The notes under the pieces were generated by a model. That model did no database searches, was not told the origin of the DNA, and saw only the letters and a program-made list of their open reading frames with translations. This document shows positions 26,178-35,358 of a stretch of 64,000 bases of DNA, piece by piece (the first letter of the stretch is position 1; each line of letters starts with the position of its first letter). The translations under genes and the position numbers were made by a program. Source of the DNA: a virus. The stretch lies in IMG/VR virus record IMGVR_UViG_3300033149_002817, positions 1 to 64,000 of that record; one strand, written 5' to 3'.

Positions 26178-26692
26178 TGCTAACGCTGCACGTGACATCG
26201 GGACGGGAGCTGCGCGAGAGCGACGTAGTGCGTGTCCCCTCGTCGGGGCGTGTCGGGACCGTGGTCGGCATAGACTACGGCTCGGCGGATACGCTCGTCG
26301 TGCAGTACCCCGGCGACGGCACACGTGAGCAGGTCGGCGTGAACGAGGTCGAGCTGCTCAGGACGGAGCACTACGAGCTACCTCAGCCTGCGCCATCAGT
26401 ACAAGCGCTCGCTGAGTCCATCACGTCCGGGCCGATCAGGTGTGGGGCGATGGCGTGCTACGTGTCGCGCGACGGGAGCCGGATCACCTTCGTCCCGAAG
26501 AATGGTATCGCGGTCGACCAGCTGGCGGAATCGTGGTCGAAAGGCACGACACGCGAGGCGGTCGAGAGGCTGGTCGAGGTCGCGTACGTCACACGGCTGC
26601 CACACCTCGTGCGGGTAGGCAGCCCGTGGTTGGAAGTCACGGTACTTGAGAGACTTAGTCCCGAGGCGGTAGCACGCTGCCTCGACGAATAG
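26177..26692 (+). CDS. Hypothetical protein with SH3-like N-terminal region
   Basis: TAATG stop/start overlap; DVVRVPSSGRVGTVVGID...LVVQYPGDGTREQV. Confidence 0.55.
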   Translation: MLTLHVTSGRELRESDVVRVPSSGRVGTVVGIDYGSADTLVVQYPGDGTREQVGVNEVELLRTEHYELPQPAPSVQALAESITSGPIRCGAMACYVSRDGSRITFVPKNGIAVDQLAESWSKGTTREAVERLVEVAYVTRLPHLVRVGSPWLEVTVLERLSPEAVARCLDE

Positions 26693-26707
26693 ATGGAGGA
26701 GTGAGAG

Positions 26708-27820
26708 ATGGCAACTGTTTCGACTCTCTACGAGGCGGCCACCGGCATCGAGGTCGGCAAGGTCGATGAGGGCGACGGTCTCCGGCAGAAGACGTGGCTC
26801 GACGAGCTGTCTCGCTGGGCGATGGAGATGGCGACCGAGCGCGGTCTCGGCAGCGCCGGAACCGGAATCCTCGCCAACTTCCCCTCCATCGTCGAGGGGG
26901 CGGTCCCGTACATGGGCTCGAAGGCCATCGGCGAGACCTATTCGGCTCCGGCCTTCTTCGGCTGGGAGCTGTACGAGGCGTCGCAGCAGAGCGGTTCGCT
27001 CGGCACCGGCGACGCGGCGATTCTGGAGTGGGGCGACGTCGTGCTCGCGGAGCCGGACCCGACGCATCAGGACTTCTACAACGCCACGACCGATCCCGAC
27101 GACGCGGTCAACCCGCTCGGTGCGACGGCTCCGGCCTTCCTGCAGACCGTCGTCGACGCCTGGAACCTCACCGGTCTCCTGACGCTGACCATCGTGGTCA
27201 ACGGCGCGACGCACGCCATCCCGGTCACGACGGCCAACGCTGCTGCGGTCACTGCGGAGGAGCTGCAGGAGTCGATCCTCGCGGCAGGCGCTCCGGTGAA
27301 CTGCTTCCTCGAAGGCGGCGACACGATCCGCCTCATGGCGATCGGCAACGGCGTCAGCAGGAACATCATGGCGGTCAACGCGAGTGCCGCGACCGTTCTC
27401 TTCACGGGTGCTGGTCAGTCTTCGCAGCCGGGCGTCATGTACTACGGTACCGGCGGCCCCCTCGGGCAGATGGACAACACCAGCAACGTCGTCGGCGCCA
27501 AGCCGCAGCGGCGCATCCTGCCGGGGTCCATCAGCATCGACATCACGATGGGCGGCGAGGTCGTCGTCGTCACGGACAGCACCATCACGACCGGTAACAC
27601 GGGTGTGCTCGCCGGGCAGAACGCGGCCGGCACCGCGACCGTCAACGGCACCATCAACTACGTGACTGGTCTCATCAGCGTCACGACCGTGGGTGATGCG
27701 GCCGACGCTGCGACGAACCTCGTCGCTTCGTGGCGGGCTCTCGTGCCGATCAACCTGCACGAGCCTGTTCGGCGTTCGCCGGCAGGTCGTCACTACGCGC
27801 TGCTGCTCGCGAGCGCGTAG
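26708..27820 (+). CDS. Putative virion structural/decoration protein
   Basis: Strong RBS and codon bias. Segments resemble the sheath insertion (LTIVVNG...AAVTAEEL) and the capsid insertion (ILPGSISI...GTINYVTGLISVT). Confidence 0.7.
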   Translation: MATVSTLYEAATGIEVGKVDEGDGLRQKTWLDELSRWAMEMATERGLGSAGTGILANFPSIVEGAVPYMGSKAIGETYSAPAFFGWELYEASQQSGSLGTGDAAILEWGDVVLAEPDPTHQDFYNATTDPDDAVNPLGATAPAFLQTVVDAWNLTGLLTLTIVVNGATHAIPVTTANAAAVTAEELQESILAAGAPVNCFLEGGDTIRLMAIGNGVSRNIMAVNASAATVLFTGAGQSSQPGVMYYGTGGPLGQMDNTSNVVGAKPQRRILPGSISIDITMGGEVVVVTDSTITTGNTGVLAGQNAAGTATVNGTINYVTGLISVTTVGDAADAATNLVASWRALVPINLHEPVRRSPAGRHYALLLASA

Positions 27821-27835
27821 GCGAAGGAGACTGAC

Positions 27836-28222
27836 ATGGGCGTTCGGCGTATTCTTCAGCGGTTTGTCGGCAGCGGCTCGGCACGCATCGAAGAGTGCGT
27901 CGATCAGCTCATTGACGGGCACTGGACGGTTGACGACCTCATCGAAACCTGTGTCGACGAGGTCTCAACCGCTTCTTCTGCAGGCTCCGGGCTCGACCGT
28001 GGGCTCGGGGGAGATCGCATAGGGGCGGGCGCACAGCCGCCGCTCACGACGAAGAAGCGTAAACGGGAGCAGAATGAACGACTGCTTCAGCGCTTCGAGG
28101 AATGGAGACGACGCAAGGGTTCAGGGAGCATCAGTGCTTTCCTTGAGGACTATGCGCCCGACCTTACACCGCCACAGCTGCGTCACTTTCGGCGGGTTGT
28201 GTTGAGGGGACTGGCAGGATGA
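27836..28222 (+). CDS. Hypothetical protein
   Basis: AAGGAG RBS; overlaps the next gene (ATGA). Confidence 0.6.
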   Translation: MGVRRILQRFVGSGSARIEECVDQLIDGHWTVDDLIETCVDEVSTASSAGSGLDRGLGGDRIGAGAQPPLTTKKRKREQNERLLQRFEEWRRRKGSGSISAFLEDYAPDLTPPQLRHFRRVVLRGLAG

Positions 28223-28674
28223 TCGGCCGACGCGCGGCACGACCGGCGACTGCGTTCATCGACCCGAAGGCGAAGAGCCAAGGTCGCCGACCGCATCAGA
28301 GGCATGAAGGGGTGTATCTTTTCAAGCGTGCTGCGCACGACACGACCATCGACATGTACGAGCCTCCGACGGCGGACGGCTTTGTCGAGAGCTACGTGCT
28401 GGAGCACTTCGACGCGGAGCTGCTTCTGGCGATCGTGCTCAAGCTGACAGAGCAAGAGATCATCGACTTGATGGACCGCTTGTACAACTTCCGCGCGGTC
28501 ACGTTCAACACGCGGACACGGGCTATCGTCGTGCGACGTGACACGTGGGCGCGGCCCCACAACGAGGACTTGCTCGCTCTGCCTCCGGTTGACGTGTCGG
28601 AGCGTCTCGATCGGTCGCTTACCGGACTTGTGAGTCACATGCAGGCGCTCGCGCCACAGAAGGAGACAGCGTGA
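28219..28674 (+). CDS. Hypothetical protein upstream of prohead protease
   Basis: Translationally coupled on both sides. Confidence 0.6.
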   Translation: MIGRRAARPATAFIDPKAKSQGRRPHQRHEGVYLFKRAAHDTTIDMYEPPTADGFVESYVLEHFDAELLLAIVLKLTEQEIIDLMDRLYNFRAVTFNTRTRAIVVRRDTWARPHNEDLLALPPVDVSERLDRSLTGLVSHMQALAPQKETA

Positions 28675-31298
28675 TGCAGGTGCTCGACGGTCGCAACCTC
28701 TACGAGAACGGGACGAGCCTCGGGCTGCTTCAGCTCGAAGAGGGTCAGCGCTCCAACAAGATGATCATCATCGAGCGCTTCTCGGGCGAGTGGTGCGATC
28801 TCAAGCAGGTCGAGCTGACGGAGATGGACCGGACGAACGCGTCGCAGCTCTTCGAGGCCGGCGGAAACAAGGCCCCTCGCATCCTCATGGCGATGGAGGG
28901 GCGTTTTCAGGCGTCGGACATGAAGAACGCGAACGGGCGGATCTACCCCGGGACCATCTGGGAGAAGATCATTCCGAACGCCGGCACGTCGCCGGTACTC
29001 GGCCGCATCGCTCGCGGGGAGATGCTCGGCGAGGTCGATCACCCCGGCGACGGGCAGACGCTGCTCAAGCGCGTCGGGTGCATGACGACGAACATCCTGC
29101 GCGAAGGCAGCGACGTCCGCGGGCGGATGATCGTGTTCGACACCGCGGTCGGCCGGGATGTGAAGGCCATCGTTGAGGGCGGCGGACGTGTTGGCGTCAG
29201 CTCGCGGGGACAGGGGAGCGTCGTCCGGCTCGAAGGTACGGACGTCGTGCAGGACGATTACCAGCTCGAAACGTGGGATGTCGTCCACAATCCGAGCACG
29301 CCGGGAGCCTACCCGGACATCACGATACAGGAGAGCGCGGCGCCGTCGCAGCCGCAACAGGAGGAGCGGATGGGCATGCTGGCGGACCTCCGGGAGCGGT
29401 TCGAGAGGCTGAAGAAGCATATCGAGGGGCCGGATGCTGACCTCACGGAGAGCGTCTTCACGATCCTCAACGACGAAGCGAAGGGGATGGCGACGGAGCT
29501 GACGGAGGGCAAGTTCGGGGGCTCGCCCGCGGAGGTCGCCGCCATCGCTGCCGACGTGCAGTATTTCCTCAACCGCATCGGGCAGCTGCGCGCGAACCCG
29601 ATCAAGGGCATCCCGCTCGGCGAGGAGGACGACCCGCTGCCGACGGCCGCCGCGACGGGCGGAACGGTGCAGCTCGCGGAGAGAGACTACAAGGGCGACC
29701 CGAAGGCGTACGCGAAGGCGATGGGAAAGGCGCAGAAGAGGGCGGGCATCAAGACGCTGAGCACCGACGTGAGCACCGGGCCATTCTCGGACGCTCGGTC
29801 GAACGCTATTTGGGACGCGCGGATGGAACTGGAGGATGTGCTTGGTCTATGGCACCCGATCACGAAGAAACTCAGGGTGATCTACGACGCCTTGAAGATG
29901 CAAGGCGGTTCGTCCTCGAAGAAGGAAAAGGCGCTGAAGGATTTGGCGCGACTCCGTGATAGTGCACAGCGTGCTGATGGCGACGAGGGTAAGGTTTACT
30001 CTGCTCTCCGTGATGCCTACCGCCGGGCTCGCGCGTCGATGTACAACGAGGCTCGCATGGGGGCTCACGCGGGGCAGAACGAGCCGGGGCGGGACTGGGA
30101 TGACGCAGGTGACGTCGAGGACGTCCGCGCCCGCTTCAAGGGCAAGCCGAAGCGTACGCCCGGTCGCCACAAGGCGGACAAGGCGCTCGTGAAGGGCGCA
30201 GCGAAGCAGCTTGCTCGGTACAACGAGAACGACGACGACGATGACGATACGGAAGAGGAGTGCAACGAGACTTTCCAGCGTGCAACGACCGCGGGTGAGA
30301 CGGTCGAGGTTCTGGAGAACGTCGCCGGCCTGCGCGAGAAGGCGCTGACCGTGCCGATGACCCGCTTCGTTCATGAGGCGCGCAAGGCGTACCGGGACGC
30401 GGCGCAGGTCGATGGCATGATCCATCGGCACGAGCTGGACGGCATCTCTTCCTTCGTGCGGGACACCTACGAAGCGGTCGAGAAGGACGAGATCACGGAG
30501 ACGATGGAGACGCCCGCCGGACGGCGGCGCTTGGAGATCATCGTTCCCAACGCGGGCAAGCTCGACGAGAACACGAAGCAGCTGGTGGCCCCCATCGGCG
30601 GACTCACGCAGACGGCGCCGGGCCGCTACCACACCTCGGTGCCCATCGACAAGGTCAGCGACGTGCTGGAGAGCCTTGCGCGTGGGGGCATGTCTCTCGT
30701 GTACACCGAGTCGACCGAGGCTTTCGACGACGCGGCGGAGCGCTTTCAGCCGCTGCTCGACAGGCAGATGAGCCTCACGCAGGCAGCGCTCACCGAAGCA
30801 GCGACGGGTAAGGCGTGGGTCACGGAGATGTCCGCGATCATCGCCAACGTGAAGCAGGCGATGCAGATGCTCACGGAGAAGGCTCGCGAGCGCGGTGCGG
30901 CGCTGCAGGAGACGGAGAAGAAGGTCAGCGCAGCTACGGCTCTCATCGAAGCGTTCGCTCGTGAGTTCGGCGTTGAGCGGGTTCGCGGTGCGGTGCAGGC
31001 GGTCGCTCAGCTTCATCCGAGCGCCAACGCGCTGCCGGAGAAGCTCTCGGAGGCCCGTAGCGTCGAGGACTGTGTCAGGCTGACACGTGGGGAGGTGTAC
31101 CTGGAGAACCTGCCCATCGTCGAGCGGAACGAGACGCGCATCACGGAAGCGGTGCAGACGTCTCAGCGCGCGAGACAGAAGCGCATCGAGGAGAGCGCGA
31201 AGAAGCCCGGAGCGGGCAGCTTCAAGCGCAGCATCGTCGAGACGACCGAGCAGGTTGTCGGAGCGATGGACAAGAAGTACGGCCGGAAGGATCGGTAA
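28671..31298 (+). CDS. Prohead core protease (T4 gp21-like) fused to a long cargo/scaffold-like C-terminal extension
   Basis: FQASDMKNANGRIYP, LGEVDHP, VGVSSRGQGS, VQDDYQLETWDVVHNPSTPGAY are gp21-type protease motifs. ~650 further residues are helical and E-rich; immediately upstream of the capsid gene. Confidence 0.92.
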   Translation: MMQVLDGRNLYENGTSLGLLQLEEGQRSNKMIIIERFSGEWCDLKQVELTEMDRTNASQLFEAGGNKAPRILMAMEGRFQASDMKNANGRIYPGTIWEKIIPNAGTSPVLGRIARGEMLGEVDHPGDGQTLLKRVGCMTTNILREGSDVRGRMIVFDTAVGRDVKAIVEGGGRVGVSSRGQGSVVRLEGTDVVQDDYQLETWDVVHNPSTPGAYPDITIQESAAPSQPQQEERMGMLADLRERFERLKKHIEGPDADLTESVFTILNDEAKGMATELTEGKFGGSPAEVAAIAADVQYFLNRIGQLRANPIKGIPLGEEDDPLPTAAATGGTVQLAERDYKGDPKAYAKAMGKAQKRAGIKTLSTDVSTGPFSDARSNAIWDARMELEDVLGLWHPITKKLRVIYDALKMQGGSSSKKEKALKDLARLRDSAQRADGDEGKVYSALRDAYRRARASMYNEARMGAHAGQNEPGRDWDDAGDVEDVRARFKGKPKRTPGRHKADKALVKGAAKQLARYNENDDDDDDTEEECNETFQRATTAGETVEVLENVAGLREKALTVPMTRFVHEARKAYRDAAQVDGMIHRHELDGISSFVRDTYEAVEKDEITETMETPAGRRRLEIIVPNAGKLDENTKQLVAPIGGLTQTAPGRYHTSVPIDKVSDVLESLARGGMSLVYTESTEAFDDAAERFQPLLDRQMSLTQAALTEAATGKAWVTEMSAIIANVKQAMQMLTEKARERGAALQETEKKVSAATALIEAFAREFGVERVRGAVQAVAQLHPSANALPEKLSEARSVEDCVRLTRGEVYLENLPIVERNETRITEAVQTSQRARQKRIEESAKKPGAGSFKRSIVETTEQVVGAMDKKYGRKDR

Positions 31299-31343
31299 CG
31301 CAGGCGCGTAAGCGCTCAACTTGAGATAGATAGGAGTTGCAAC

Positions 31344-32735
31344 ATGGGTGACAACCCGTACGCCACGATGGAGGACGTCGTTGCGAAGGGGGAGATGCTT
31401 GCCGAGAGCAAGTGGGCTCCGCTCGTCAAGGGGCTCGAAGGGCTCGACAAGGCGCACACGGCGGTGCTGCTGGAGAACACCGCGAGGTGGGTCAACAGCA
31501 TCGACGAGACCACGCGCGCTGTCAACGTGGGCAACTTCGACCGCTTCGCCTTCCCGCTCGTCCGCGCCGTCGTCCCGAGTCTCGTCTCGCAGGATCTCGT
31601 CAGCGTCCAGCCGATGGACGGACCTGTCGGGCTCATCTTCTACTTCGACCTGATCTACGGGTCCAACAAGGGCCGCATCCGCGCCGGCACCCCCGTCTTC
31701 AGCTCGCTGACGGGACACCCCGGTGACGATTTCTACAGCTCGCCGCGGATCGAGGAGGAGGCCATTGCCACGGGCAACGGCGCCACCGCGAACTACACCG
31801 GCACGCTCGACTACACCCCGTGTGTCCCCGGAACGCTGCAGATCACTGACGGCGCGCTCAGTGCGCAGGACGACGGTCAGGGCAACCTGATCGGCGACAT
31901 CGTCGCTGGCGGCGTGAACACCGTCAACTACAGCACGGGCGCCTTCGATGTCACCTTCTCGGCGAACATCGCGGCCAACAACCCGATCGTCGCGAACTAC
32001 GAGTACGACAACGAAGCGAACAGCCAGGTTCCCGAGATCGACTTCCAGCTGACGTCGGCCCCGGTCGTCGCCAAGATTTTCAAGCTCCGCACCCGCTACA
32101 GCCTGGAGGCTGCTCAGAACCTCCGCGCGCTGCACGGGCTCTCCGCGGAGACCGAGCTGGTCGTCGCGCTCGCGCAGGATCTCCGCTTCGAGATCGACCG
32201 TACCATCATCAAGGAAGTCAACCAGTTCGCGCAGGCCACCTCGGTCAGCTGGCCCCTCACCCCGTCGGCGGGCGTGTCGTGGACGGAGCACAAGCTCAGC
32301 TTCGTCGACAAGCTCATCGAGGGCTCGAACAACGTGTTCGAGCTGACGCGGCGCGGCAACCCGAACTGGTGCGTGGTCGGGCTCAAGGTCTCCAACGTCA
32401 TCGAGAGCCTCCCCGGCTTCAAGCCCTCGGGCGCGATGTCGAACCCGGTCGGCGTCATCTACGCGGGTGACCTCAACGGCCGGTGGAGGATCTACAAGGA
32501 TCCGTACAACATCGACGGCACCGCGACGCAGCGCAACTTCCTCATCGGCTACAAGGGCTCGACGTTCCTGGAGGCCGGCTTCGTGTACGCGCCCTACATC
32601 CCGTTCTACACGACGCCGACCGTCATCCTCGACGACTTCCTCGCGAGGAAGGGCATGGCGACGCAGTGGGCGCGCCGGAAGGTCAACGGGCGCTTCTACT
32701 GCCGCGGCACCGTCTCCGGCAACTTCGCCCCGTAG
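31344..32735 (+). CDS. Major capsid protein (T4 gp23-like)
   Basis: KW..L..GL...TAVLLEN, FPLVRAV.PSL...DLVSVQPMDGPVGLIFY, EAAQNLRALHG, EIDRTII, GYKGSTFLEAGFVYAPYIP, RKGMATQWA. Confidence 0.97.
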   Translation: MGDNPYATMEDVVAKGEMLAESKWAPLVKGLEGLDKAHTAVLLENTARWVNSIDETTRAVNVGNFDRFAFPLVRAVVPSLVSQDLVSVQPMDGPVGLIFYFDLIYGSNKGRIRAGTPVFSSLTGHPGDDFYSSPRIEEEAIATGNGATANYTGTLDYTPCVPGTLQITDGALSAQDDGQGNLIGDIVAGGVNTVNYSTGAFDVTFSANIAANNPIVANYEYDNEANSQVPEIDFQLTSAPVVAKIFKLRTRYSLEAAQNLRALHGLSAETELVVALAQDLRFEIDRTIIKEVNQFAQATSVSWPLTPSAGVSWTEHKLSFVDKLIEGSNNVFELTRRGNPNWCVVGLKVSNVIESLPGFKPSGAMSNPVGVIYAGDLNGRWRIYKDPYNIDGTATQRNFLIGYKGSTFLEAGFVYAPYIPFYTTPTVILDDFLARKGMATQWARRKVNGRFYCRGTVSGNFAP

Positions 32736-32782
32736 TTCGGGGATCGTAGCCCGACGAGAGGTTGGGCACGCTATGCCGATTG

Positions 32783-32821
32783 AAGCCCTCCCGCCCTCTC
32801 TCGGAGGGTCGGAGGGCTTTT
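32783..32821 (+). terminator. Rho-independent terminator after capsid gene
   Basis: AAGCCCTCC-cGCCCTC...GAGGGT-cGGAGGGCTTTT. Confidence 0.75.
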
Positions 32822-32837
32822 CAGTAGGGGACAGACA

Positions 32838-33992
32838 ATGGCGCGTATACGCCGCGCAGACATTGAAGCGCTGCTTAGCAAACCGTCGCCGAAGGCAGCG
32901 GTTTGGGGCTTTCAAGCGAACGCACTTGGGCAAGGGCTCGACTCAGCGCTCGCCGGAAACCATAGCAAACGTCAGAGATGGGTGCGGGGTCTTCTGAAGA
33001 CTTCATCTGCGGACACCTTCACGACCCGGCAGCAGTCCGTATGGTACCGCGGCATACCGCGTAAAACCCACAGGGTAGTGATTATCTCCGAGCTGAACGG
33101 CGCAGACGTCTACCACTACTTTCCGAAGGGCGGAGAGCACGGACCGATTGCTAAGCTCTGGAAGTCCTACGGCGAGGGCACAACGCCTCCGCTTAAGAAG
33201 GGGAAGAAGCACGCGAGGACGAACTCACGTCCGACGATGGAAGCGACAATGAGCGAGCGGCGTAGCGCGAAGGAGCTTCTCGGCGCGACGCACGCTATGA
33301 CGGGCATTTCGTGGTACCACAAGGAAACCGACAAGAAGCTTGCGCATCTATCCTACGCGACGCTCAAGCTCACGGTCATGCCACGCGTGTCCAAGGCGTT
33401 CGAGAAACTCATCCGCGCCGACGCGACGCAGTACAAGAAGGGTCAGGTTCACACGAACCCGAGCGGGCAGTCGACCACGTGGGGCCACGAGCTGAAGGAG
33501 GCGACACCCGATCGGCAGGTTCAACTCATAGAGACGCTCGTCTCTCACCTCGACGAAGCACGGATGAGTAAGTCCGAGTTCGCGAAGGAGTGCCGGCGTC
33601 GTCGGGACCACGGGCTCGTGCTGTCGGGCAACACGTACCCCATCAAGGAAAAGATCAAGGCGCAGGGTGGTATCTGGGATTCTCGTCTGCGGGCGTGGTT
33701 GGTTCCGGACGTCACCGTGATGAACAAGCTCGACAGCTTGATGTCTGGCTCGTCTCGCAGCTCGTCCCGTACTTCTTCGTGGGATGCCAGCGACGCCGCT
33801 GCTACCAGTGTCGCCGCTGGCAGCGGTGCATCTCGCAGCACGATAAAAACTCGTGCTGGAGGTTGCGCAGAATGCGGGGCAAGCCTTCAAGGTCGCGGTC
33901 GCAGCACGTTACGTCACGACTCGTCCGGCCTCCCGGGCTACGTGTGCAGGCGCTGCTCGTCAACTTCAAGCTACGAACTGAGCTTTGCATAG
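32838..33992 (+). CDS. Basic modular putative internal head protein with C-terminal Zn ribbon
   Basis: Basic modules separated by TMSE, ELKE, HLDE. SGNTYPIKEKIKAQGGIWD..LRAW (DUF5710-like pattern); CAECG...CRRC. Confidence 0.65.
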   Translation: MARIRRADIEALLSKPSPKAAVWGFQANALGQGLDSALAGNHSKRQRWVRGLLKTSSADTFTTRQQSVWYRGIPRKTHRVVIISELNGADVYHYFPKGGEHGPIAKLWKSYGEGTTPPLKKGKKHARTNSRPTMEATMSERRSAKELLGATHAMTGISWYHKETDKKLAHLSYATLKLTVMPRVSKAFEKLIRADATQYKKGQVHTNPSGQSTTWGHELKEATPDRQVQLIETLVSHLDEARMSKSEFAKECRRRRDHGLVLSGNTYPIKEKIKAQGGIWDSRLRAWLVPDVTVMNKLDSLMSGSSRSSSRTSSWDASDAAATSVAAGSGASRSTIKTRAGGCAECGASLQGRGRSTLRHDSSGLPGYVCRRCSSTSSYELSFA

Positions 33993-33998
33993 GAGCTT

Positions 33999-34292
33999 GT
34001 GATGAGCGTCGCCAAAGACTACGAAATGTACCTTCAGGGTAAGGATGGCGACCGTCCGATGAAGGAGTCAACATCCGTGGAGAGCGCGCCCGACCGGCAG
34101 GTTCAGCTCGCAGAAGCACTCGTCGAGCATTTCACGCATTTCGACGAGGCGCGCAAGCCGAAGCCGAAGAAGAAGAAGCCGTTCGCGAAGTGCATGGAGT
34201 GCGGTCGCGGCTTTGCGTCTGTGCGGGCGGCGGAGCGGGCGATGTCTGTAGGTTGTCCGGGCTGCGGTGGGTCTGACATCGACATGGCGTAG
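33999..34292 (+). CDS. Small Zn-ribbon protein sharing a leader motif with the upstream gene
   Basis: PDRQVQLAEALVEHFTHFDE then KPKPKKKKPFAKCMECG...CPGCGGSDID. Confidence 0.7.
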   Translation: MMSVAKDYEMYLQGKDGDRPMKESTSVESAPDRQVQLAEALVEHFTHFDEARKPKPKKKKPFAKCMECGRGFASVRAAERAMSVGCPGCGGSDIDMA

Positions 34293-34301
34293 GAGAACAC
34301 G

Positions 34302-34646
34302 ATGGATCGGCAGAGTCGTCTTGCATCTTACCTCCGCGAGTCGCGGCAGCCGCAGCAGCCGGTCGAGGAGGCGAAAGATCCGAACGACGTCGCCGTTCGG
34401 ATGCTGCAGAACCCGAAGAGGCCGCTCGATCTGATCCGAAAGCGGCTGTCCGCGCTGGAGAAGGCGTTCAAGGCTCGGGCGCAGGAGTTGGAGGGGCTCA
34501 AGAAGCTCGGGTCGGCCAACATCTCAGCTCCTGACCTTTTGGGCCGTATCGAAGCGGAGGAGCTGTACGACCTGGGCGTTGCGGTGAAGGACATGGAGTA
34601 CGGCGTGTCGCAAGTGCTCAGCGCTGCGCGGCGCAGTAGAGGATAG
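34302..34646 (+). CDS. Small helical putative internal head protein
   Basis: AGGAG RBS; leader MDRQSRLASYLRE...PVEE. Confidence 0.65.
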   Translation: MDRQSRLASYLRESRQPQQPVEEAKDPNDVAVRMLQNPKRPLDLIRKRLSALEKAFKARAQELEGLKKLGSANISAPDLLGRIEAEELYDLGVAVKDMEYGVSQVLSAARRSRG

Positions 34647-34662
34647 GGGGAGTCCTCTCCCC

Positions 34663-34710
34663 GGGTGGCTCTCCCGCCTGCCCTTGTCACGGGGAGAGCC
34701 ACCCACCTTT
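34663..34710 (+). terminator. Strong intergenic hairpin, probable terminator
   Basis: GGGTGGCTCTCCC...GGGAGAGCCACCC (13-bp perfect stem) followed by ACCTTT. Confidence 0.55.
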
Positions 34711-34726
34711 CACGGAGGAGCGAGCG

Positions 34727-35095
34727 ATGTCAGGGATCACGCCGGATAAGCCTGTGGCGCGGCCGACGAGCGGGCTTGCGCAGCGCGTCACTGAGCTGGA
34801 GGAGCAGGTCGAGAAGCTGCAGTCTGACGTTGCTCGGCTCGCGAATGCAACCGCGCAGCAGCAGGCGAACATCATCGACCTCGACACGCGCGTTGAGAAG
34901 CTGGAGGGTGCCCCTCCGACACCGATCCCGCCCATCGAGCTGCCGGGCATGGTGAAGTGCGACCACAAACCCTTCAGCTACCCGGACGGGCAGCCTTATG
35001 TCGTACCCGCTCCGTTGGCAGGAACGCGAGCAGCACCGGTGTCGCACCTCTACATGTGCTCCATGTGTGGGGTACTCTACGGGGGGAATGCGTGA
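34727..35095 (+). CDS. Coiled-coil protein with Cys/His cluster
   Basis: GGAGG RBS; heptads LAQRVTELEEQVEKLQSDVARL; C.H...CSMC. Confidence 0.65.
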   Translation: MSGITPDKPVARPTSGLAQRVTELEEQVEKLQSDVARLANATAQQQANIIDLDTRVEKLEGAPPTPIPPIELPGMVKCDHKPFSYPDGQPYVVPAPLAGTRAAPVSHLYMCSMCGVLYGGNA

Positions 35096-35358
35096 TGCCG
35101 TTCGTCCCGGTCGAGAGGCTCGTGGAGAAGAAGGCGAGCTATCGCGCGGTCGTTCGCGGACGCGGGGATGGGTTGCAGTCCGCGGACGTGTTCAAGGGTG
35201 ACGTCATTCACGACGGTACGCACGGCTCGCAGGGGGCCGTGCAGGCATGGCTGCTGCGCCACTACCCGAGCGTTGACGTCGAGGATCACTCTCGCTTCGC
35301 GTCGCCCGAGGTTGACGACGATGACGACGGGGAGATGGTCGAGGAGGGATTGGCGTAG
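35095..35358 (+). CDS. Small hypothetical protein (LxE leader)
   Basis: TGATG overlap; MPFVPVERLVE-KK. Confidence 0.55.
   Translation: MPFVPVERLVEKKASYRAVVRGRGDGLQSADVFKGDVIHDGTHGSQGAVQAWLLRHYPSVDVEDHSRFASPEVDDDDDGEMVEEGLA

Noticed and set aside
29330-31298. Intein explaining the long protease ORF
   Set aside because: No C/S-start...HN-C/S/T splice motifs or LAGLIDADG pattern seen; the protease motifs are contiguous.
32736-32782. tRNA or structured ncRNA after the capsid gene (also hairpins at ~7578-7600, ~20190-20240 and ~35417-35443)
   Set aside because: Only short hairpins are present, with no cloverleaf, T-loop or recognisable family, so there is not enough to call.
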